Shown: positions 51,821 to 64,000 of the stretch, piece by piece | Numbering within the stretch: position 1 is the stretch's first letter | Layout: each line of letters starts with the position of its first letter | NCBI GenBank assembly: GCA_030704615.1 | Contig: CM060732.1 | Location: 17,298,001 to 17,362,000 of the forward strand | Origin: Takakia lepidozioides | Taxonomy: Eukaryota > Plantae > Bryophyta | Direction of reading: 5' to 3' | DNA length: 64,000 nt | Notes under the pieces: generated by a model | Told to the model about the DNA's origin: nothing | The model's database searches: none | The model's input: the letters and a program-made list of their open reading frames with translations, nothing else | Position numbers and translations under genes: made by a program

Positions 51821-54800
51821 TCATGATTTTCTGGAATCCCTAAGAAGGAGTTTGTGCACTCGTTCACGCTCAACGCCGGTGCATGAATAAAGTCATCAAT
51901 GTCACGTTCATCCTCAACTCTTCAGGTAAATGTAATACAGATGCTTGCACGGATAATACTTCGACCCTTCTTTGCTTCCATCAACGAGAAGTCCGTACAG
52001 TTGCAAGTCGGCTCCACTCCAATCGTAATTGTGTATACATCGTCGCGTACAGCCGAGCCGCCGTTGCCCATCCGATACACACGCCCAAGGCCGGGTGTGG
52101 GGGTACGTCCACGGAGCTCTGAATAGTGCAAGCCATCCCAAGAGCATTGGCAATCCAGTCTCATTCAACTTGTTGGGAGGGTGTCGTCTCTTCACTCTTC
52201 CGAATCGCATTGTGGGATGTGCAGAATTGTCCAATCCGTCTCTACTGGACCGAGCAGTATGCAATGGCTGGGTCTGAGGAACCGGAAATGCGTGGGCCGG
52301 GATGTCTGTGCGTTGCACCATTCGAAATCCTGCTGCAGATAGAGCATCCGCCTCATTCTGAGAGAGGCTGCAACCCGGTGCAACAGGCCAACGCCCCGGA
52401 GGTTCGGCATTCCCTGAATCCCGTACTTGGGCTTGCCAAATACACAGGTCATTATGTCGTGCCTACAGAACCAAAATGTCTGCGTTGTGGCGTGAGCAAT
52501 GTGGGAGTCAAAAATCTGCCGCTGAAACAAGGTGCAGGTACAGCACCGTGTGGGTTCCTCCGAATCATCTCACCACAGCGTGCTCTCGTATCCACCCGGA
52601 TGGCGCAACACTTCCCTCGAAATGCCGGCAATGTCCTCGCATTCTCCACTGTGACTCCGACACTCTTGTCTCCACAATGGGAATGTTTATTGCTTTACTA
52701 CAGATGGCTCGTTATGTTGCCGGGGCACGCGCCCTGTGCTCAAGGAGATGGCGATCTTGAACGTGCAGGACTTCCGGTGCTCGACGAGACCTCCGCCTCC
52801 GGACAACATCACCGGACCACGAGGGAGCGTGCGAATATTCTTGTCAGCTCGCCATGAATCCTCTTCTCCGCCAGGTGCCTCGTCAATCTTCGTCTCACTG
52901 ACGGGTATGAACATCTCCTTCCAAATGTTGGCCTCTTCGCAGCAATGGCGTGTCCCGAAGGCCCTCTCGCAAGGCCGCCGCCCACTTCCGAGGATTCTTC
53001 GATCTGGAGGCAGTCCGCATCATCAGCATTTCCTGCCTCCGGCCCCAAGCCCCACTGTTTCCCTTTCAAGAACTCGTTGTACCTGCATTGCTGCATAATT
53101 GACCTCACAATGTCCTCCGTTGTGGCAGTGAGGATGTCCACCAGATGCGCCGCAGAGGAGGCACGCCAGGAAGAGTGCACTGATTCGGCCATGTTTGTCG
53201 TGGGCATGTCGGTGTCGGAGTCGAGACACATTTCCTGCACAGCACATGTTGAGGTTACAAGCAAGTTACAAATATGGCCAAGAATAATATCCAACGGGAC
53301 GCGAATTCGTGCACTCACCTCCCGCATATAGTCCGCCGAACTGGAGGAAACGATAATGCCACCATGCTAGCCAACTGACCATTGCTCCTTCGTCTGATTT
53401 CCTTACAGCACCTGACGATGTCCACCAAGCCCGTATGCATGCAAACTGTGTCTCTGCATCATCCAAGGTGGGAGCGCGCTTCCACGCAAGGCACATGGAA
53501 CGGTGCTCTCTCTGAAATCTGGCGCCACGAGCCTGGTTGTGTACTGCGAAAGGCTCTGCAGAAAGTGGAACCCACAAGATCTCTCCTTGCCTTCCATGGG
53601 AACATTGGGGTCTTGCCCGTACACCCTTCGGATGGCAGCCCAATTTGCTTGTGCGTTGTCCGCCATCAACCACGGAAATTGGGAGGGGGCAATCCCGCCT
53701 TGGCCATCTGTTCGTTTATTCCCTGCCAAAGAAGCATCTCCGATTGTGTGTCCTCTCCTTTCATCTCACAAATAGCAATTGTCATTAGCATCCTGCAGTG
53801 GGTGTCGTAGACATGTGCACCCATTGTCACCCACTGGTGATTTGTAATTCGCTTGATATGGTCGAACATGACCCAACTGTTTGACAAGTTCCCACTCGTC
53901 ATCCTGTCGACCAGTTCGACGCCACTGCCAGGTCCACACGTGGACATTTTGAATACGAAACAACGATCTGCCTCAGTCCCTTGTCCTGGAAACCTACTTC
54001 CATGAATGTAGTCATATCCACATCGTCGCTCACTCACCTCCAGAATGGAGTGCATATCCGAGCCACGCCCAATTTTCTGTTTGCAAGAGACAATGTGGTT
54101 TCGGACATTCGGTGAACATACGTGGGACACCGACTCGAGCAATGCCTCCATTTCCTTCTCGTCGAGAGGAACTCTATCCATCTTATGGTCTCTTGGAGCT
54201 GTATCTGTTTGGTTTGGCACCCCGTCTCAACTTAACCTCCTCCGACGAGCTGCTCTGCTCGTGGGCAGCCTCCCCGAGTTCCCCCTCGCAATTTTTGTGA
54301 CAATGGGAACCATACGTGTAATGCAAGCTCGGGTGAGGTCAGGGAAACGGTGCAACACATAGAACTGCTTGGCATTACAAACAGACATGCAGTGTTGGTG
54401 GTTCTTTGCAATGCGCACACTAAATGTGGAGTTCGGAACCTTCTCCTTGAGTCTCGAAATTGTTGGTGAGCTGTGCTGTCCAATCGTCTCGTTCCTGTGA
54501 CCTCTGGATTTAAGTGGAAGCAAGTTGGGGAGAAACACCACGCAACGCCCCGTCAAAACAACGTAGCGCACCCGCACACGCCATCAAGCAATCTTCATGC
54601 TGGTGGTTTTGGTAACGCACCAAGGATGACCGTCATGTTTTCTATCCATATCTGTCAACATGCCGGACGCCCTCGAGTAGTCCGCCGAGGGGGAACTCAA
54701 AGAAGACATTACCGGCGACGTCGGCGGGAAGGCATTTAACCGATTTAATTGCGAACTTGCTGTAGTTCCAGCCCGGCCAGCCGCGACCGGTGTCCCTCCA

Positions 54801-55369
54801 GGTGAAGCCCTCGCAGAATTTCTAGAATAGATCGAACTGCGGTCTCGTGCTGGGAATATGACTCCCTCCCTCCACTGACGTCCATTGAGGACTTGCCTGA
54901 TCTCCAGGACTGCCCTCGGAACTTCCATGACCTCGTCTGAGTCGGCAGGTTGTGAACAACCCGTTCTCGGTCGTCTTCATGATGGGTTCGGCTCTGGATT
55001 TACTTCGTTCGGACTTCTCTCTTTGAGGTACCCACTCTCGATTCACGGATTGTTTCGTGGAAGGCGCCAGGATAGACGGTGCAATTTGGCAGGCAAATGA
55101 AGTCCCCAACAGCCCTGTATATGACGCTGTCCGATGGTGAACTCGCCATTCCCTGCCATCGCCGAAATCATCGTGGAGCACAACAATACTCTCGACAACA
55201 GGCCGTTTGATTCCTCCTTTTCCTCCTCCAAAAAAACCGACCCCGGTTTCAGGTGGTATCGAACGCACAGATATTCTCCATCACCCGGCAGGTGTCCCCC
55301 TCTGCACGGAAATGAAGCTCTATGCTCGTGAGGAGGGCAGTACACTGTAGCGCTCTGGTTTTCCGCCAT
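51821..55369 (-). pseudogene. Full-length MULE-type transposase (N-terminal domain, GCM-like, DDE, Cys cluster, SWIM), many 1-bp indels
   Basis: MAENQS.., DRKHDGHPWC, WVMFDHIKR, MADNAQANW..SCGFHFLQSL, TTNMAESVHSSW, TCNCTDF..YPCKHLYY; intron about 53235-53318. Confidence 0.82.
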
Positions 55370-55659
55370 GGGAGATGTGCCCAAAGACTGCCAGGAGTGC
55401 GTGCGGGGAAGCTCCCTGGTAAAGGGGTGCAGCGATGGGAATGAATGCGATGCCGATTTGTCCGAGCGACGAAGCCTGATCCAATCCAGGGAGCCACTAA
55501 TCTCAAAAATCCACAGTCAGAGTGTTAATGAACCTTGTCTCCGAATGCGGCCCCTCGTCTTTGCGCAATACTGCCAACGTTATGCAGTCAAAAGGTGGGG
55601 GGCCGTCCTGATGATTACGGGCTGAAGGGATAAGCCGGCACCGTGCCGTCACATTACTA

Positions 55660-58600
55660 CCCCCAATGGAAATTCGGCACCCCAACATCCAACAGAGAAG
55701 CCCGGATGAAGTCGCCTCGGCGCAGAGGCCGGAGATGTGTGCGACAGATAACATCTTCTGGTGGAGATTCGCGCCGATTTCATCCGTCCCCCCAAAGGGA
55801 GTTCGTGTCGGGGGGTCAGGCTGAAAACTGGACGGCATAAAAACATCCCCAGATGGAAAACGGCGCCGAATTTCCATCCGGGGGCGATTCGGATGCAGTC
55901 GGGTAGGGGAGTTGCCCTGCGAGTTGGCTGTCACATTTCAACCCCCCAACTGGACGAAATTCGGCAACGAATATCGAACAGGGACGCCCGGATGAAGTCG
56001 CCTTTGGCACAGAGGCCGGCCATTGTGCGCCATAGAACATCCCCTGGACGGCCATTCGCGCCGAATTTTCCAGCCGGGCCCCCCCAAAGGAAGTGTTGTC
56101 GGCCGTTCAGAGCGAAAACTGGCCGACATCACACCAAAACCCTCCACACAATGAGAAAACGGCGCCGAATTTCAATTCGGGGCCGTTCCAATGAAGTCGG
56201 GGAGGGGGGAGAGGTCGGAACCTGGCAGTCATATTTCAAACCCCCGGACGGAAATTCGGCACCCGAATATCCAACAGAGCGGCGGAGAGGCGGCACCTCT
56301 CCTACAAGACCATCCCCCGGATGGAGATTCGGCGCCGAATTTCCCACCAGCAGAAGTGGAAATCTCGGATGGATGGAATTCGTCGCCGAATTTCCTCCAT
56401 CCGGTAAGTCGGCATCGGTGCCATAGGATATCGGCGCCGAATTTCCATCCTCAGGTAATTCAGAATCTCGGATGGATGGAGATTCGGCGCCGAATTTTCC
56501 ATCCAGCCGGTAAGTCGGATCGGTGCCATCATGGATATTCGGCGCCGAATTTCCATCCTGCAGTAATTCGAATCGTGGATGATGGAAAATTCGGCGCCGA
56601 TTTCCATCCAGCAGGTAAGTCGGATCGGTGCCATGGGATTTCGCGCCGAATTTCCAATCCTGCAGGTAATTCGAATCGTGGATGAAGGAATTCGGCGCCG
56701 AATTTCCATCCAGCAGGTAAGTCGGATCGGTGCCAATAGGATTTCGGCGCCGAATTTCCATCCTGCAGGTAATTCCGAATCGTGGAATGAATGGAAATTC
56801 GGCGCCGAATTTCCATCCACCAGCAGTAAGTCGGATCGGTGCCATAATGGATATTCGGCGCCGAATTTCCATCCTGCAGGTAATTCGAATCGTGGATGAA
56901 TGGAAATTCGGCGCCGAATTTCCATCCAGCAGGTAATCGGATCGGTGCCATATGGATATTCGGCGCCGAATTTCCATCCTGCGGTAATTCGAATCGTGGA
57001 TGAATGGAAATTCGGCGCCGAATTCCATCCAGCAGGTAAGTCGGATCGGTGCCATATTGATATTCGGCGCCGAATTCCATCCTGCAGGTAATTCGAATCG
57101 TGGATGAATGGAAATTCGGCGCCGAATTTCCATCCAGCAGGTAAGTCGGATCGGTGCCATATGGATATTCGGCGCCGAATTTCCATCCTGCAGGTAATTC
57201 GAATCGTGGATGAATGGAAATTCGGCGCCGAATTTCCATCCAGCAGGTAAGTCGGATCGGTGCCATATGGATATTCGGCGGCGCCGAATTTCCATCCTGC
57301 AGGTAATTCGAATCGTGGATGAATGGAAATTCGGCGCGCCGAATTTCCATCCAGCAGGTAAGTCGGATCGGTGCCATATGGATATTCGGCGCCGAATTTC
57401 CAATCCTGCAGGTAATTCGAATCATGGATGAATGGAAATTCGGCGCCGAATTTCCATCCAGCAGGTAAGTCGGATCGGTGCCATATGGATATTCGGCGCC
57501 GAATTTCCATCCTGCAGGTAATTCGAATCATGGATGAATGGAAATTCGGCGCCGAATTTCCATCCAGCAGGTAAGTCGGATCGGTGCCATATGATATTCG
57601 GCGCCGAATTTCCATCCTGCAGGTAATTCGAATCGTGGATGAATGGAAATTCGGCGCCGAATTTCCATCCAGCAGGTAAGTCGGATCGGTGCCATATGGA
57701 TATTCGGCGCCGAATTTCCATCCTGCAGGTAATTCGAATCGTGGATGAATGGAAATTCGGCGCCGAATTTCCATCCAGCAGGTAAGTCGGATCGGTGCCA
57801 TATGGATATTCGGCGCCGAATTTCCATGAGCAGGTAAGTCGGATCATTGCCGTATGGATATTCGGCCCGGATTTCACTCTCCATTTATTTCGGAGCGAGA
57901 TTACCTTCGGCAGGTAATTCCCCATATAAATTACCTTCGTGCAGGTAATTCGCATACAAGAATTACCTTTGCTGCAGGTAATTCCAATCGATGTTTATTC
58001 CTCGTCCAGAATTACCTGCACAAAGGTAATTCTCATCTGGAATTTACCTGCATGAAGGTAATTCTTGTATGTGAATTACCTGCACGAAGGTAATTTCTTA
58101 TATGGGAATTACCTGCACGGAGGTAATTCCTCGCTCAGAAATAAATGGCGAATCGAAATTCGGCGCCGAATATCCATATGGCACCGATCCGACTTACCTG
58201 CAGGATGGAAATTCGGCGCCGAATTACCTGCTTGAAGGAAATTTGGCGAACCGCCCTACCTGCGCGGATGGAAATTCGGCGCCGGATTTCCATCCGCGCG
58301 CATCCGAATTACCTGCTTGAAGGAAATTTGGCGCACCGCCCTACCTGCGCGGATGGAAATTCGGCGCCGGATTTCCATCCGGCGCATCCGAATTACCTGC
58401 GCGGATGGAAATTCGGCGCCGGATTTCCATCCGCGCGCATCCGAATTACCTGCTTGAAGGAAATTTGGCGCACCGCCATCCTACGCGGATGGAAATTCGG
58501 CGCCGGATTTCCATCCGCGCGCATCCGAATTACCTGCGCGGATGGAAATTCGGCGCCGGATTTCCATCCGCGCGCATCCGAATTACCTGCTTGAAGGAAA

Positions 58601-59760
58601 TTTGGCGCACCGCCATCCTACGCGGATGGAAATTCGGCGCCGGATTTCCATCCGGCGCATCCGAATTACCTGCGCGGATGGAAATTCGGCGCCGGATTTC
58701 CATCCGCGCGCATCCGAATTACCTGCTTGAAGGAAATTTGGCGCACCGCCCTACCTGCGCGGATGGAAATTCGGCGCCGGATTTCCATCCGGGCGCATCC
58801 GAATTACCTGCGCGGATGGAAAATCGGCGCCGGATTTCCATCCGCGCGCATCCGAATTACCTGCTTGAAGGAAATTTGGCGCACCGCCATCCTACGCGGA
58901 TGGAAATTCGGCGCCGGATTTCCATCCGCGCGCATCCGAATTACCTGCGCGGATGGAAATTCGGCGCCGGATTTCCATCCGCGCGCATCCGAATTACCTG
59001 CGCGGATGGAAATTCGGCGCCGGATTTCCATCCGCGCGCATCCGAATTACCTGCTTGAAGGAAATTTGGCGCACCGCCCTACCTGCGCGGATGGAAATTC
59101 GGCGCCGGATTTCCATCCGGGCGCATCCGAATTACCTGCGCGGATGGAAATTCGGCGCCGGATTTCCATCCGCGCGCATCCGAATTACCTGCTTGAAGGA
59201 AATTTGGCGCACCGCCATCCTACGCGGATGGAAATTCGGCGCCGGATTTCCATCCGCGCGCATCCGAATTACCTGCGCGGATGGAAATTCGGCGCCGGAT
59301 TTCCATCCGCGCGCATCCGAATTACCTGCTTGAAGGAAATTTGGCGCACCGCCCTACCTGCGCGGATGGAAATTCGGCGCCGGATTTCCATCCGGGCGCA
59401 TCCGAATTACCTGCGCGGATGGAAATTCGGCGCCGGATTTCCATCCGCGCGCATCCGAATTACCTGCTTGAAGGAAATTTGGCGCACCGCCCTACCTGCG
59501 CGGATGGAAATTCGGCGCCGGATTTCCATCCGGGCGCATCCGAATTACCTGCGCGGATGGAAATTCGGCGCCGGATTTCCATCCGGCGCATCCGAATTAC
59601 CTGCGCGGATGGAAATTCGGCGCCGGATTTCCATCCGCGCGCATCCGAATTACCTGCTTGAAGGAAATTTGGCGAACCGCCCTACCTGCGCGGATGGAAA
59701 TTCGGCGCCGGATTTCCATCCGCGCGCTTCCGAATTACCTGCGTGAGGGAAATTCCGGGA
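55660..59760. repeat. Palindrome arrays GGAAATTCGGCGCCG(A/G)ATTTCC: 106-bp dimer block (56400-57830), symmetric centre (57880-58140), inverted block (58150-59750)
   Basis: Core spacing 53 bp (57118, 57171, 57224); right block spacings 53, 52 and 32-33 bp. Confidence 0.93.
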
Positions 59761-59969
59761 CTGTTTTCGTCTATTTTCTTCCGACATGGAGGGCTTCATC
59801 CGACATTTAATTGCGCAGTTGGGCAATAAATGTCGACGGCCGTCGCTTATTATTCGGGCTGGCGACGCATGGCTTCCTGGACACGTACCCTAAATCTCAT
59901 GCTATACTTGGCTTAACATGGTATTCCAGGCATGTACCCCAAAAAAGGAGATCTTTTTGGCTGGGACTT

Positions 59970-62900
59970 ATGCCGCCTGAAGGGCGTGGCTCTCCTGAGA
60001 GAGACCTCAGATCCAGACCGCGGCGGAAGTTGAAAGCTCTGTACTACGGACGACGGCCAATCTCTCGCATGGCCAAACTGAAGCTCCAGCAGGAGATTCC
60101 AGTGTCTTGCTCACAACCTGCGCCAACTGAAGCCGAGTACTCTCAGGCAAGCCACTTCTGCTTTCGGTTTGTTCGATTTCTTTTTTGCTTTCGCTTCGTT
60201 ACCTCGCTTTGTTTCTGCATCTTCATCCTGGCTTTGCTTTATGAGTGAACTTTAGATAGTTGACTGAACCTTAGATTGTTTGCAATGCGTGTGCAAATCC
60301 GGCAGCTCTGGAGAAGGCTGCTTGTGCATGTCATTCTTAGGCAATGGTTGCATTTGTTTTCATTGTTGTTGCATGGCTCTCCATACTTCCTAAACTTGTT
60401 ATGTTTTCATTTTTGCTACATGATTGCTGCTATGGTGGTTGCGCTGCTGCTTTTTGCACCACTGTTGGTGTTCACGATTTTTGTCAATCACAGAGTGACG
60501 ACGAGCCCGGCACGCTGGTGGTATCATCGACAGCTCCAACTCATCGCATGTTTGAATCGCCCAACTTGGGGCGAGAGGGCAAACTTAAATCTTTTGTTGG
60601 TGGACGGGAGGACTTGCAACGAGATTACGATAGAGTAGGCATTGGGGAGGTTGGTGCAGGCGGCATGGCAGGTGAAGGGCGTGAGGACATGAGGACAGCA
60701 GATCCGGCAATGGAGGTTGTTCATGCACATGCAGTAGGGCCCGCCCACGCAAAGAAAAAGAAGAAAGCTAAGCACATGCAATCCCCGGCGAGAGAGCAGT
60801 CACGGGCTGCGGAGGGGGGAGTGAGCAGTGCGCGCGAGGGTGTCAGTTCGCCTCAATCAAAGGTGGTCGTCCTGGAGGGCTCCCCTGTTGCTAGCCCTAG
60901 TAAGAAACAGAAAGCCCGTGAGAGGGCAAAAGAGAGGGCAAAAGAACAGACGAGACAGAATGCTAGCAAGGAGGAAAGACAAAAGGCAGCTGAAGAGGCC
61001 CGGGGTGCCCAAATGACAGATGCCAATGTAAGCGAGGGACACACAGAGACGGTGGATCCCTACAAGACACCACAGAGAGGCAGTAGCACACCGGTTAGAC
61101 CATCGCGGGCAAGTGCAGCCCCCGCAATTACCCATACGGTGGAGAGTGGAGGAGAGGAAAGAACACCTGAAAGAGCACCGATTGTGCAAGTTCGAGGTGA
61201 AGCCAGGGAGAGGGCAGTAGAGACGACGAGAGTGCTGGAGGTGGTTTCGCAGGTGGCTGACCCTGTTGAGGAGGACGACATGGATGTTTCTGACCAGGAT
61301 GACATTCTCCCGGACATCCCCAGGCCCCAAACCCGGAGCATACAGGCTGGATTTGGCGGTCTTGGTGGGCTGCCGGAAAACCCCTCTGCAGCAGACGTCA
61401 TGTCTGAGGCGGATATGAAGTTGGCCGCTGCCAAGATGTTGGAGGCAACCCACAGCAACATTGGCAGGGTGCTGGGGGGCATGGTGTACCCGGCCAAGCT
61501 TCGAATTCCCCTTTGCCGCTTGGTGTCATTGCAGGTGGTGAGACCTGCCCTCCCAGGCGATATCGACAAGCTGAAATTCTCTTTCCGGGATGGATATCGA
61601 ATGGGGTCTGCCGCCTTTTACGTTTCCATTGAGAACGACCACGGAGCTTCCCGTGCCCACACTTCCGATGAGGTGGACAAATGGGGTCCCCATTGGCAAA
61701 CGCGAAATGAGGAGTTCGAGAGATCGATTGCTAGTGATCCTCTTTTCCAGCACATGTCCGGTAAGATGTTCTACGTGTGGGACGGCAATCATCGCCTCCT
61801 GGCATGGATGGAGCACATTGCCCAAGCCCACCCCAACGATCTCGATTGGCATTTCGCCGTCGATTGTGTTGTGCTGAAGGTTGCGGGGCCCAAAGATCGC
61901 AGTCTTCTCAAAGCTGCAATGGCCGACATCAACTCGTAAGCTACAACCCCTCTCGCTTTTGGACTTTGAATTTGGAAGTCATTTCATTGCGAATCCTCAT
62001 ATATGATGAAAATTCCCATTTCAGTATTGTTTGATGGAAATGTGGCACTGCAGGGTGACTGAGAATGCCTTCATTGCCACCAACTTGTCCCATATGCTCT
62101 TCCGAGTGAAGGATGTCGGGAGGCAGGGGGTGGAAGAGTTTGCCAATTCCCTCAGTGCCGACCTCCTGCGCAAGTCGGAGGCAAAGGCAGACAGAACCTG
62201 GTATAGGCTGAGCGTCGACGCCATGGTGGACTACATATTTCGGGTAAAGCTCCTGCAGTTTTGTTGAGCTAATTTGTCTCTCCTCCCCCAATAGAAGAAA
62301 TTGTGTTGAGCAGGATCTCTAATCTTATGTGCTGCTTTTCGACAGACGAAAATACAGCAGGATTTGGCACATGCGCGGAGGTTCTACATGGAGTCAGAGG
62401 AGAAGAATCCAACCCTCCCGGAACTCGAATCGTATGTCAAAGCTGCGGAGGTGAGGGCCCGCATAAAGTACAAGTCGCGGATGGTAAAGTACGTGGCCAT
62501 AGCTGATCCCGCCCTTGGTGCCGACTTTCTGGTGGAGGTGGGAAAGCACTACTCTCGCGCTCTGAAGCCCACGATGACATTGGAGAAGCTCCATCGTCTA
62601 GCCACATCCTGTGTGGATGCAACAGAAAAGGTGATACATTCTTAACCAAATTGTGGTGGCAACAACTCCTTTTTGTGGTGTTTGGCGCTTACGAATATGC
62701 TGGGTGGTTGGACAGACCCGGTGGCTCCAAATCTGGAATGGTTCCCAAAGTACCAGGGACATGTGGAGCTTCCCCAAACCGGACAAACTCTCTGACCCCA
62801 CATTCGACATGTGGATGAACCGCATGACATGGTGGTTTCAGGTACTTCCCCACGCTTCGTTTGGGGCTTGTACTCTAGTAGGGGGTTGATTCATTGTATT

Positions 62901-63152
62901 TTTTGAGGAAAGCGATCTGATGGACAATCTCCACAGGTGACGACGAATGCGCAAGAGCAGCTGGACACACAAGCACATCAGTTCAAGATGGAGATATCTC
63001 CTGCAGCAGAGAGCCTGCGTGACTATGTGACGAGGTACTTTCTGCTCTACAAAACCAACCTATTCTTTCGGGAGATAGCAGATGCTCGCCGGAGCCACGA
63101 GTTCACCGACCAGCCGAACGCGGACAAAGCAGCAATGCGCCTTCTGTACAGG
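59970..63152 (+). CDS. ParB/Srx-domain cargo gene, subfamily 1, 5' exons largely intact (rest beyond window)
   Basis: Exons about 59970-60146 (GC donor), 60496-61936, 62054-62243, 62346-62630, 62716-62841, 62937-63151; LRIPLCRLVSLQVVRP..IDKLKFSFRDGY..FYVWDGNHRLLAW..VDCVVL..AMADIN. Confidence 0.75.
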
Positions 63153-63217
63153 TACATACGCGCTGCCTTTCTTTCAAGTCCTGGCATTTCAGGATGTTAG
63201 AGGCCTAAGTGGTGTTA

Positions 63218-64000
63218 GGGAAAATGGCGCCGAATTTCCAGTCAGGGCTCCGAAAATGGCAAAGTCCCTAGACTGGCTGGCCCGGAACTGGAAATTCGGC
63301 GCCATTTTCCAGTTCCAGGCCCTATTGCCGTTCAGGGACTTAGCCATTTTCGGGCTAAGTCCCTAGTGTGGCTGGCCCGGAACTGGAAATTCGGCGCCGT
63401 TTTCCAGTTCTAGGCCCTATTGCCGTCCAGGGACTTAGCCATTTTCGGGCTAAGTCCCTAGACTGGCTGGCCATGAAGTGGAAATTCGGCGCCATATTCC
63501 AGTTCCAGGCCCTATTGCCGTCCAGGGACTTAGCCATTTTCGGTCTAAGTCCCTAGGGTGGCTGGCCCGGAACTGGAAATTCGGCGCCGTATTCCAGTTC
63601 TAGGCCCTATTGCCGTCCAGGGACTTAGCCATTTTCCGGCTAAGTCCCTAGACTGGCTGGCCCTGAAGTGGAAATTCGGCGCCATATTCCAGTTCCAGGC
63701 CCTATTGCCGTCCAGGGACTTAGCCATTTTAGGTCTAAGTCCCTAGGGTGGCTGGCCCGGAACTGGAAATTCGGCGCCGTATTCCAGTTCTAGGCCCTAT
63801 TGCCGTCCAGGGACTTAGCCATTTTCGGGCCAAGTCCCTAGACTGGCTGGCCCTGAAGTGGAAATTCGGCGCCATATTCCAGTTCCAGGCCCTATTGCCG
63901 TCCAGGGACTTAGCCATTTTCGGTCTAAGTCCCTAGGGTGGCTGGCCCGGAACTGGAAATTCGGCGCCGTATTCCAGTTCTAGGCCCTATTGCCGTCCAG
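63218..64000. repeat. Intronic tandem array, 95-bp unit (190-bp dimer) containing GGAAATTCGGCGCC
   Basis: Cores at 63298, 63393, 63488, 63583 and onward. Confidence 0.93.

Larger units (their letters stand above)
51045..64000. mobile_element. Large MULE-like element, subfamily 1, left 13 kb (continues past the window end)
   Basis: Terminus GAGGTTTGCTATTTCATGAGC, full transposase, arrays, ParB gene, intronic array. Confidence 0.8.

Noticed and set aside
56600-57840. Array of perfect splice donors (CAG/GTAAGT) acting as U1 sites
   Set aside because: They lie antisense to the nearest gene and can be explained as part of the amplified unit; no transcript evidence.
56129-59746. Long repetitive ORFs (424, 499, 339 aa; MEIRRRISI / DGNSAPNFH / GWKFGAEFP)
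   Set aside because: They are translations of the palindromic arrays, open in several frames on both strands; the same applies to ORFs in 32-34.6, 38.3-38.9, 40-41.7 and 63.2-64 kb.

Overview
Repeat-rich eukaryotic nuclear DNA, most likely from a non-seed land plant (PLS/E-class PPR remnants, spliceosomal introns, Ty3/gypsy and CACTA debris, a tRNA-derived SINE). The window is dominated by several nested, partly broken copies, in two subfamilies, of one large DNA transposon that I do not recognise as described. Reconstructed layout: short terminal inverted repeat G(A/G)GGNNNG(C/T)TATTTCATGAGC; a leftward Mutator-type DDE transposase with a GCM-like zinc DNA-binding domain and a SWIM finger; kilobases of 22-bp palindromes (GGAAATTCGGCGCCGAATTTCC or GGAAATGCGGCGCCGCATTTCC) spaced at near-integral helical turns, most often exactly 53 bp; a rightward, intron-rich gene for a prokaryote/phage-like fusion of a ParB/Srx (DGNHR) domain and a beta-class N4/N6 DNA methyltransferase fold; more palindromes; a head-to-head pair of unknown paralogous genes; right terminus. 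No single copy is complete in the window and most ORFs carry frameshifts (decay and/or long-read consensus error), so the architecture is assembled from overlapping copies. Domain calls are by-eye motif recognition, not database searches.
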